IMG/VR virus record: IMGVR_UViG_3300045988_097215 | Span: 1-38,204 of that record | Length of the DNA: 38,204 nucleotides | Direction: 5' to 3' (one strand) | Origin: a virus | Shown: positions 31,397 through 38,204 of the stretch, piece by piece | How positions within the stretch are numbered: the first letter of the stretch is position 1 | Layout of the letters: every line of letters begins with the position of its first letter | Translations under genes and position numbers: made by a program | The notes under the pieces: generated by a model | What the model was told of the DNA's origin: nothing | Databases searched by the model: none | The model's input: only the letters and a program-made list of their open reading frames with translations

Positions 31397-32053
31397 TCAC
31401 CCGATATTGTTCGAACCAACAGTGCCCGAAGTCTGGTTCCCCAACACTGCAAAGTAACCTTGTTTCAGACTATACCCGCTGCTACTACCGACAGTATCAA
31501 AGTAATTGACCATTAACCTGTCGCCGATGTCTTTTATGCTGAACGGATAAAAGAAAGACGTGCCAGAGGCAATCACTACGTTGATATTCTTAAGTATGTC
31601 ATTCCCGTATTCAGCTTTTAGCTGGTTATATGTTTTCGGGAATGTCACGGTTGTACCGCTCAAAGTAATTATAAAATCCTCTTTTCCGCCACCACCAACA
31701 CCCGCGCGGGCGCCGTCGCCGGTGAAGGTGATATTTATCAGGGCCGCCTTGGCCTCGTCGCTGATGGTAACGCCGGAGTAGTCTTTGGCTACGTCCTGCT
31801 TTATGCGGCCGGAGATAACCACCAGACCGCGACAGGTGCCCAGGCAAGCGTGGCAGTCCTGGAGCAGGATGCCGATGGCGGTCTCGTCGTTGGCCACTTT
31901 GCCGTCCGCGCTGATAGGCGTGCCGGCTTTAATAACCGTTTTGCCGGTCATGTCTAGGACCACCGTCTTGGTCGTGTAGTCGGGCGTGTCCATGATGTTG
32001 GGCGCGCAGATATAAGGGCAATCAGTAATAATACTCGTTGACTTCTTTTTCAT
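31397..32053 (-). CDS. Head decoration-like protein with an extra C-terminal domain
   Basis: 218 aa, directly after the capsid gene. The N-terminal half resembles decoration-protein patterns (AIGILLQDC...GLVVISGRIK). A Gly-rich linker (GVGGGG) follows. The C-terminal ~95 aa are encoded by visibly AT-rich DNA (31397 to about 31681). Confidence 0.6.
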   Translation of the reverse strand: MKKKSTSIITDCPYICAPNIMDTPDYTTKTVVLDMTGKTVIKAGTPISADGKVANDETAIGILLQDCHACLGTCRGLVVISGRIKQDVAKDYSGVTISDEAKAALINITFTGDGARAGVGGGGKEDFIITLSGTTVTFPKTYNQLKAEYGNDILKNINVVIASGTSFFYPFSIKDIGDRLMVNYFDTVGSSSGYSLKQGYFAVLGNQTSGTVGSNNIG

Positions 32054-32078
32054 TATCTTGCCTCCTTTCTAACAGTCA

Positions 32079-32103
32079 GCCGGGCGGGGGTTACCCGCCC
32101 GGC
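32079..32103 (-). other. 10-bp GC stem-loop immediately after the major capsid gene
   Basis: GCCGGGCGGG-GGTTA-CCCGCCCGGC, with no U-run. Confidence 0.55.
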
Positions 32104-32115
32104 CGTTGGCCTTTA

Positions 32116-33252
32116 TCAGGAGCCGGTAGACGCAGGAGTGGCGGAGAACTTGCCGTAGATGTAGGCGCCGGTATCGGTGCTCATAACGTCAAAGCCCTCG
32201 ATCACGCGGAGGCAGTTCTGGTTTTTATTAAACAGATAGGAGCCGTCCAGAGTGAACTCCAGGCCGTCATACTCCACGAACGTGCAGCCGGCCTTCACGC
32301 TGCCATAGATCAGCGGGAAGTTGGTCGTGTCGATGTTAGGCAGCTGGGCGTCAGGGAATACGTGGATAGGCAGACCCTGGAAGAGCTTCTCGGTGCGGTT
32401 GGCAGGGTTTTCCTGGAGCACGGGACGGCCGTCCTTGTCCTCCTCGGCGTCCAGGCAAGCAAAGCCGCTCTGGTTGGTGATGATCACGCCGTCAAGCAGG
32501 CAGCTGGGGTCCAGGTCCACGGCGATGGACTTTTTCAGGGCCTTCCAGCCGGCGATAGCCTTGGGAGCGCCGCTGGCGTAACCGGACTTGAGCTTGGCAA
32601 AAATGGCGGAGTTTTCGGTCAGCACCGCGTTCTTGACAAACCAGCGGTTCAGGTAGCCCATGAGGCCGGCCTTCTCGGCACCCAGCAGAATGCGGGATAT
32701 GGGGATCAGCTTGCCGCGCCAGCCGATGGTGAACGTCTTTTTCACGAAGGTGGGGTTAGTCTCCTCGGTGATGGCGTCGCCGTCGTCAAAGGCAGTCAGG
32801 CCCGCGGGGGTGCCGCTCTCGTAGTTGACGGAGCCGGCCAGGGCGTCGGTCGTCTCGACGCTTACCAGGTTTTTAGCGGAGACGTAGGTCTTGCGGAGCT
32901 CGTTGATCTCGGCACGGACGTCGTCAGGCACAAGATAGTTCTCACCGCTTGCGGCGTCGGTGCCGGAGATGAGCGCCTTCTCGTTCTCGTCGAGAGGCTT
33001 ACCGGCCACCACTTTGGCCAGGGTCTTGAAGCCGTCGGCCTTGTCTGCGGGCGTGAACTCCTGGGGCACGTCAGCCTTTTTCTGGGCCTCGCGGCGCGCC
33101 TCCAGGTCGTACTCCTTCTGGAGCTGGTCGATCTCGTTCAGGGTAATTTCGGCCTTGTCCAGGTCGCGGCCCTCGCCGGGAGCCAGGAAGCCGTCCACGG
33201 CCGCGGTTTTCTTTACGATCTCGGCCTGGATCTCTCTCATGCGCTTATTCAT
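32116..33252 (-). CDS. Major capsid protein, HK97 fold, with N-terminal scaffold-like coiled coil
   Basis: 378 aa, located after the protease. There is no separate scaffold gene. AAGGAGG SD. Confidence 0.9.
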   Translation of the reverse strand: MNKRMREIQAEIVKKTAAVDGFLAPGEGRDLDKAEITLNEIDQLQKEYDLEARREAQKKADVPQEFTPADKADGFKTLAKVVAGKPLDENEKALISGTDAASGENYLVPDDVRAEINELRKTYVSAKNLVSVETTDALAGSVNYESGTPAGLTAFDDGDAITEETNPTFVKKTFTIGWRGKLIPISRILLGAEKAGLMGYLNRWFVKNAVLTENSAIFAKLKSGYASGAPKAIAGWKALKKSIAVDLDPSCLLDGVIITNQSGFACLDAEEDKDGRPVLQENPANRTEKLFQGLPIHVFPDAQLPNIDTTNFPLIYGSVKAGCTFVEYDGLEFTLDGSYLFNKNQNCLRVIEGFDVMSTDTGAYIYGKFSATPASTGS

Positions 33253-34013
33253 ACAGTTATGTCCTCCTTTGATGTCAATATATAGTGTTTGTTACGACGG
33301 GCGCGCAGCGTCACAGCGCGCTCGCGGTCGTCGGTGCTGGGCTCCTCCGCGGGAGCGTATACCGTCTCGCCGGTGTAGCTCTTACTCACGCCGGCCTGCC
33401 GCTGAGCGGGCACGGCCACAAGAGAAAACTCGTAGGCCTCCTTGGCACCGTCCAGCAGGAAGGTACAGGTCTGGGGGCCGCCCTCCTTGGCGTAGGCCCT
33501 GCCGGGCCAGTGGGGGCAGTAGCTTTTCGTGTTGTCCGTGCCGCAGATGCTGCAAATGCTGGACGCGGCCCGGAAGCCCACGCTGCCCTCCTTCTTGATG
33601 CCGGCGCGGATCTCGGCGATCAGGTCCTTGTTGCCCTCGGTGCGCAGCATATAGATGTGCGCTTTCAGTTGCACATAAGCCTGGCCGTCGCTCATGGCCT
33701 TGTCGGTGGTCACCAGCTCGGTGGCATAGATACGGGCCACCTGGTTGTCCGCGCGGGGGTCGTGGTCCTTGATCACCGTCCGGCCGACAAAGAGCTTTTG
33801 CAGGTCTTTCAGCGCTTTCAGGCTGAACCGCTCATATTGCCGGTCCAGTTCGTTGTCGCAGAGGATCGCGGAGAAAGTAAAAACGTCCTCGGCGGTCAGG
33901 GGCTCCAGCGCGTACTTGTTGATCTGTTTCAGCTCGGCCTCGGTGACTTCCTGGGCCTCCAGCCGTGCCGCCTTGTAGGTTGCGCCGGGGCTGGTTTTAG
34001 TTGCTGTTTCCAT
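33249..34013 (-). CDS. Prohead serine protease (HK97 S78 / XkdF-like)
   Basis: IKDHD and KEGSVGF contexts (His and Ser), plus EFSLVAVPAQ. Located between the portal and capsid genes. Confidence 0.8.
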   Translation of the reverse strand: METATKTSPGATYKAARLEAQEVTEAELKQINKYALEPLTAEDVFTFSAILCDNELDRQYERFSLKALKDLQKLFVGRTVIKDHDPRADNQVARIYATELVTTDKAMSDGQAYVQLKAHIYMLRTEGNKDLIAEIRAGIKKEGSVGFRAASSICSICGTDNTKSYCPHWPGRAYAKEGGPQTCTFLLDGAKEAYEFSLVAVPAQRQAGVSKSYTGETVYAPAEEPSTDDRERAVTLRARRNKHYILTSKEDITV

Positions 34014-35298
34014 CTTCGTCCTCCTCTCCGTTGGTATTGTCCGCGGGGGCCTCGTCGGGGGAGGCCGCTCCGCGGGTGTATTGCTGCCCTATCAGGGTGA
34101 TAGGGATAGCTGCGCCGTTGCCCAGCAGCTGGTCGCCGCCTTCCCTCCAGGGGAGATCCAGGAGGGCGCGGGCCTCGTTGGGGGTGTAAATAAAGTTATT
34201 CACCGCGTTAGCCAGGGTCTCGATCTGGGTCTTGTGGTCCGCCCGGAGCAGCACCGCGGTGTTAAACTTGGCGTGATAGCCCGCCTTTTCCTCCGCGTCG
34301 CTCAGCAGCTTCCAGCCGATCTCCTCCTCGTAGCCCTTAAGGATAAATAGCAGGGTGTCGATCAGGAAGGACAGCTGCTGAGCCTCGGCGGAGGCGTAGC
34401 TGCTCTTGGTGTAGTCGCCCACCTGGTAGGGCTTGACGCCGAAGGCGCTGGCAATCTGTAAAGCGCCGTACTGCCGGAGCTCTAAAAATTGGCTATCCGC
34501 CAGCTTGAGGTTGAGCGGGGTGAGATTAAAGCCCAGGGGCAGGGGCACCACGTTCCCGGTGTTTTTGCTTTGGGTATACCGGACCACCTCGGCCAGCAGC
34601 GTTTTAACGTTGGCGTCGTTGAGGCTGCCGGTATACTGTAGGACGGCTTTGGCCGTCATGCCCTGCTCCATCATGGAGTTGAGCATGGCCTGGGCGGTGG
34701 TGCCGCCCTTGATGGAGCTGGCTAGCTGCTCCCGCACGCTGATACCCACAAGCCCGTCCAGGGTGTGGTGGCTCTTAAAGTGCAGGACCTCCTCGGACCC
34801 CAGCACCACCACGCCCTGGGGCGTGCTCCAGCGATAGTACACGTCGGGGGTGTCGGCCAGGAGCTTGGCGTTGTCGTAGTACACCTGGACCTGAGCGGGG
34901 TCCATGGGCCAGAGCTGAGGCTTGGCGGGGTCCCTGCTGTCTATCCAGGCGTATGCGTTGCCGTAGTGGTTCCGGCAGAGCTCCATAGTCGCCCAGAATA
35001 CGCTCGCGGCCATGAAGCGGTTGGGCCGCTCGTTGAGCATCCGGTAGTAGGGATGGCCGCGGACCACCTGCACCCCGTGGTCCGGGGTGGTCTGCTGGAC
35101 CTTGAGCGGCAGCTTGCCGATGCTCTCACTCAGCACCTTGAGGCAAGCAAAATAGGTCGCCTCGGACAGGGCCCCCTGGTCACGTTGGGCCACGCCCAGA
35201 AAGTCCAGCAGCTGGTTGAGCGTCAGCTGCTCCTCAGTGCTCACGCTTTTCGTGCGGAAGGCGGTCGCCGCCGCCTTTATTCGGTCTCTAATTTTCAA
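33997..35298 (-). CDS. Portal protein (HK97 family)
   Basis: 433 aa, located after terL. TTG start 8 nt after GAGGAGG. Confidence 0.88.
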   Translation of the reverse strand: MKIRDRIKAAATAFRTKSVSTEEQLTLNQLLDFLGVAQRDQGALSEATYFACLKVLSESIGKLPLKVQQTTPDHGVQVVRGHPYYRMLNERPNRFMAASVFWATMELCRNHYGNAYAWIDSRDPAKPQLWPMDPAQVQVYYDNAKLLADTPDVYYRWSTPQGVVVLGSEEVLHFKSHHTLDGLVGISVREQLASSIKGGTTAQAMLNSMMEQGMTAKAVLQYTGSLNDANVKTLLAEVVRYTQSKNTGNVVPLPLGFNLTPLNLKLADSQFLELRQYGALQIASAFGVKPYQVGDYTKSSYASAEAQQLSFLIDTLLFILKGYEEEIGWKLLSDAEEKAGYHAKFNTAVLLRADHKTQIETLANAVNNFIYTPNEARALLDLPWREGGDQLLGNGAAIPITLIGQQYTRGAASPDEAPADNTNGEEDEDGNSN

Positions 35299-35311
35299 GA
35301 GCTAGTCCTCC

Positions 35312-37045
35312 TCACTTCCAGCCCATCATGGCCAGGTAGTCGTCCAGGGCGCTGCTTACGTCCACGCCGTCGTCTCCGCCGTTGGTGATCAGCATGAGCG
35401 CGTGGGCGTCGATCAGCGCGTCGCAGGGGTCTATCCGCTTAAACCGGGCCCCGGGCTTTTTGTCCAGTTTGATCTCGTCAAAAGAGTTTTTAACCAGCGC
35501 GGCGTTGAGCATGGACCAGGTCAGCAGCTCGTTGCGCCGGTCGTACTCCACCCGGCCGCCCTTGATGAGCAGCTGCATGGCCACGGTGGCATCGTTGAGA
35601 CTGCGCGCGCTCTGGGTGATCGTGACGACCGGGCAGCCGAAGGCCTCCAGGTCCTGCATGACGCCGGCGGCGTTGTGGGGGTCGATGCCGATCCCTAAAA
35701 ACCGCAGCCCCAGCCGCTCCCGCAGCTCCGCCAGGTGGGACACGATAAATTTATAGTCGTTCATGTAGTCGGTGTCCCCACCGGTGACAGTGATCAGGCC
35801 CGCCTGCTCCCACACGTCGTAGGGCGCCAGGTCCGTCTCGACGTGCTCCTGAATCCGGCCGCGGGGCATAAAGCTATGGCTGTACACATAGTACCGGCCG
35901 TCGCCCAGAGGCAGCTCCAGGGACAGGGTGGTCAGGTCGCCGCCGCTGGACAGGTCCAGCCCCACCCAGGCGTCGGTGTGACCGTCGGCCACGACCTCCA
36001 GGAGGGTCCTATCGGATCCGCAGGCGGTCCACTTGTCAGGGTCAAAAGCCTGCATATCCGTATTCTTGACCCACATATTGAGGGACTTGCAGAGAAAGTC
36101 CCGCAGCTCCATACCGCCCATATCTTTGGCGGTCTTGGCGTCCTGCCGCAGGGTATCCATGCGCTCCTCATCCAGGCACAAAAAAGGATTAGCCTTGATC
36201 CAGTTGCGCTCGTCCCAGATGTCGTCCCCATCGTCCAGGCAATAGATATCAACAAAAAAGTCCGGCGCGGTTGTGGCGCCGCGCAGGACCTTAATGGCGT
36301 AGTCGTCCATCTCCTTGCAAAAACTTTGCAGCTGGTCGCCCCGGGTGGTAATCATGGAGATAAGCGTCTCCGGCAGCGACCTGGTGCCGTTGTACAGGGC
36401 TTTATAAACTTTGTTGTCCTTGTGCTGGTGGATCTCGTCCACGGAGCAGAAAATACTTCTAAAGCCGTCGTCCAGTCCGGCCTCACGGCTCAGGGCCTCG
36501 ATGGTGCAGCCCGTGTCCAGCGCCTCAATGGTACTTTTATAGTCCTTTACCTTGAAAAGCTCGCCCAGGTCGGGGTCTACCGTGATAAATTTGCTCATTT
36601 CCTCCCAGGCCAGTCGGGCCTGGCGCTTCTTGGTGGCGACGGTAAAGAGCTTCCCGAACTTATAGCCGGAAAAGCCGGCTATATATGTGCCCATGATACC
36701 ATTTTCAAAGGTTTTACCGTTCTGCCGGGCCATGGACTTGTAGCGGCGCCGGAAACGTCGGCAGCCGTTTGAGACCTTCCGCCACCCGAAGGTGCAGCCG
36801 ATGTCGAATACCTGGGAAGGAATAAGCAGGACCGGCTTCGGCTGCGCGCCCTCGGCGATTGTCAGCGTCTCGGCATACTGTAGAACCCGTTCAGCCGCCT
36901 CGACGTCCCAGTAGTACGGGAAGGCCTCCGTCCGCTGGCAGCTCAAGTCGTGTAAATGCCGCTGACACGCCAGGCGGTGGAGGTTCCCGCAAGTCACGCG
37001 ACCGGCCACGACCTCCCGGGCGTATGCGGTCACTCTATCAATCAT
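35312..37045 (-). CDS. terL: Terminase large subunit
   Basis: 577 aa. Walker A-like MARQNGKT. Located between terS and the portal gene (TAAATG junction with terS). Confidence 0.92.
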   Translation of the reverse strand: MIDRVTAYAREVVAGRVTCGNLHRLACQRHLHDLSCQRTEAFPYYWDVEAAERVLQYAETLTIAEGAQPKPVLLIPSQVFDIGCTFGWRKVSNGCRRFRRRYKSMARQNGKTFENGIMGTYIAGFSGYKFGKLFTVATKKRQARLAWEEMSKFITVDPDLGELFKVKDYKSTIEALDTGCTIEALSREAGLDDGFRSIFCSVDEIHQHKDNKVYKALYNGTRSLPETLISMITTRGDQLQSFCKEMDDYAIKVLRGATTAPDFFVDIYCLDDGDDIWDERNWIKANPFLCLDEERMDTLRQDAKTAKDMGGMELRDFLCKSLNMWVKNTDMQAFDPDKWTACGSDRTLLEVVADGHTDAWVGLDLSSGGDLTTLSLELPLGDGRYYVYSHSFMPRGRIQEHVETDLAPYDVWEQAGLITVTGGDTDYMNDYKFIVSHLAELRERLGLRFLGIGIDPHNAAGVMQDLEAFGCPVVTITQSARSLNDATVAMQLLIKGGRVEYDRRNELLTWSMLNAALVKNSFDEIKLDKKPGARFKRIDPCDALIDAHALMLITNGGDDGVDVSSALDDYLAMMGWK

Positions 37046-37567
37046 TTATCTTCCGCCGCCTTCCATGACGGTGAATTTGCCGAACTTGTTTACCTTGGGC
37101 TCCTCGTCCTTGACCGGCACCTGGAGCTTGCAGCGGCTGGAGATAGTCAGCCCCAGATCCCGGGCGGCCGCCTGGGCCTGCTTGAAGTACCGGTCCTGGA
37201 GCCGGGAGGCGGTATCCTGGGCGGTATACCATAGGTCCAGCAGGGTGTAGTAGTCCTCGGCCTCCTCGTCGGGGCGCTTTTTCATCAGCGTCCTGAGCTC
37301 TTTGGTGGCCTGCTCGTACTGGGTTTGGGCCTGGACGTATCGGGCCAGGGCCTCCACGTCTGTCTCGCCCAGGATCTTTATCTTGAGCAGCTGACCGGCC
37401 AGCCGGTCGAAGTGTTTCCGCTGGGTCGCCGTCAGGAATCGGGGCGCCGTGATATCGTCCGTGGCCGGGGCCACTTCGGCCGCACGCTCGGCAGCTATTT
37501 CCGCTTTGGTCAGATGGGATTTACCCTTTGCGATTTTCAGGTCAATGGGCTCCTTGGGTCTTGCCAT
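37046..37567 (-). CDS. terS: Terminase small subunit (P27 family-like)
   Basis: 173 aa. N-terminus MARPKEPIDLKIAKGKSHLTKAEI.. with a coiled middle region. AAGGAGGAGGG SD. Confidence 0.8.
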   Translation of the reverse strand: MARPKEPIDLKIAKGKSHLTKAEIAAERAAEVAPATDDITAPRFLTATQRKHFDRLAGQLLKIKILGETDVEALARYVQAQTQYEQATKELRTLMKKRPDEEAEDYYTLLDLWYTAQDTASRLQDRYFKQAQAAARDLGLTISSRCKLQVPVKDEEPKVNKFGKFTVMEGGGR

Positions 37568-37585
37568 GCGCCCTCCTCCTTTCTA

Positions 37586-37680
37586 GGGGGTCAGGGGTCC
37601 GGTTTTCGGACTTTTTGCCGCAAAAGCCTCCCTCTGTGGCCGTTTTCTCCCGAAAACTCTATACTTTTTGACCCACCCCC
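37586..37680. promoter_or_regulatory. Candidate cos / terminase recognition region
   Basis: Lies in the 122-bp HNH-terS gap. Outer imperfect inverted repeat: GGGGGTCAGGGGTC 37586-37599 / GACCCACCCCC 37670-37680. Three inner dyads: 37597-37611, 37613-37625 and 37642-37657. Confidence 0.35.
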
Positions 37681-37689
37681 TGGGTGCTG

Positions 37690-38133
37690 TTAAATCTTCC
37701 GCAGGTCGATCACTCCGGGCTCTGCGGATTTCTTGAATTTTTCTGGGTGTCGCTTGTTGTGGCAGGAGGTACAAACGGCCTCAAGGTTTTCCCAGTCCAG
37801 CCGGGCCCCCCAGCCTTTTGCGGTCTGTATCGGATCCTTGTGATGCACCTCGACCGCTAGGCCTGTGCATCCCTCCAGCTTTGCCTGGCACTTGTAGCCA
37901 GCGCGCTGGAGATAGGTCCGCGACAAAAGGCGCCACTCCTTTGACCTGTAAAATGCTAGGTACTTAGGGTCGCGCCTGCGATTATATATACTGTTATACT
38001 TCTGCCTCTTGTAGGCTCGCCGGCGCTCCATAGCCTCAGCGGCTTGAGCCTCTGCGGCTGGCCGGCACCCCTCGCAGTAGGTAACGCCTACGGGGATAAG
38101 CTGCCCACATCTAGGGCATGGATGCATAGCCAT
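37690..38133 (-). CDS. HNH endonuclease (terminase-associated)
   Basis: 147 aa. N-terminal Cys pairs CPRCGQ...CEGC, then EVHHKDPI and NLEAVCTSCHNKRH. AAGGAGG SD. Confidence 0.9.
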   Translation of the reverse strand: MAMHPCPRCGQLIPVGVTYCEGCRPAAEAQAAEAMERRRAYKRQKYNSIYNRRRDPKYLAFYRSKEWRLLSRTYLQRAGYKCQAKLEGCTGLAVEVHHKDPIQTAKGWGARLDWENLEAVCTSCHNKRHPEKFKKSAEPGVIDLRKI

Positions 38134-38204
38134 AGCCGCACCTCCTTATACTTGCCCACCGTCCTCACCCGCCGGCCATTATGTAGTCCGGCACAGAAAA
38201 AAGA
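38106..38204. repeat. Terminal overlap copy 2, identical to 1-99
   Basis: Exact 99-nt identity with the window start. Confidence 0.95.

Larger units (their letters stand above)
1..38204. mobile_element. Complete temperate tailed-phage genome (siphovirus-type, HK97-like head). Unit length is 38,105 bp and the window is a circular permutation with a 99-nt overlap.
   Basis: Packaging, head, tail, lysis, lysogeny and replication modules are all present in canonical order. The first 99 nt are repeated exactly at the end. Confidence 0.9.

Noticed and set aside
1-38204. Looked for CRISPR arrays, tRNA/tmRNA, reverse transcriptase (DGR/retron), transposases and toxin-antitoxin pairs
   Set aside because: I saw no spaced identical repeats, no cloverleaf-like segments in the non-coding gaps, and no RT or transposase motifs in any frame. 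The tandem repeats present are explained by the tape measure gene, the fibre gene and the regulatory hub.

Overview
The window is one complete, circularly closed genome of a temperate siphovirus-type phage or excised prophage with an HK97-like head module. The unit length is 38,105 bp, and nt 1-99 recur exactly at 38106-38204. Almost everything is transcribed on the minus strand, in tightly packed and often ATGA-overlapping genes, most preceded by AGGAGG-type Shine-Dalgarno sites. That pattern, the LL-H-type holin, the Listeria-Bacteroides repeats and the large serine integrase point to a Gram-positive host, probably a GC-rich Clostridia-like one (inference). Reading in the direction of transcription (descending coordinates): HNH endonuclease, terS, terL, portal, prohead protease, major capsid, decoration-like protein, four head-tail joining genes, major tail protein, G/GT chaperones with a canonical -1 frameshift, tape measure, Dit, Tal, three fibre or baseplate proteins, endolysin, two membrane proteins and a metallophosphoesterase. 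The lysogeny module follows: large serine integrase and CI-like repressor on the plus strand, then a Cro-like gene behind a consensus promoter with palindromic operators. Next come four early ORFans and a replication module: DUF2800 nuclease, DUF2815 SSB-like protein, family A DNA polymerase, VirE-type primase/helicase, DUF3310, VRR-NUC, SNF2 helicase and two orphan DPPY methyltransferases. A sigma-region-4-like late regulator follows. The least ordinary parts are four. (1) A terminator-insulated divergent cassette at 451-1922 encodes a membrane-anchored XRE HTH protein opposite a 39-aa acidic peptide plus a membrane-anchored HIRAN-domain protein. (2) The ~460-bp non-coding hub at 29-492 is packed with two short-repeat families and two minus-strand terminators, just upstream of the late operon. 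(3) The capsid decoration-like gene has a 3' half of visibly foreign, AT-rich composition. (4) A late-operon metallophosphoesterase lies next to the attachment/integrase region. No tRNA, rRNA, CRISPR array, reverse transcriptase or transposase was seen. All functional calls rest on motif recognition by eye, not on searches.
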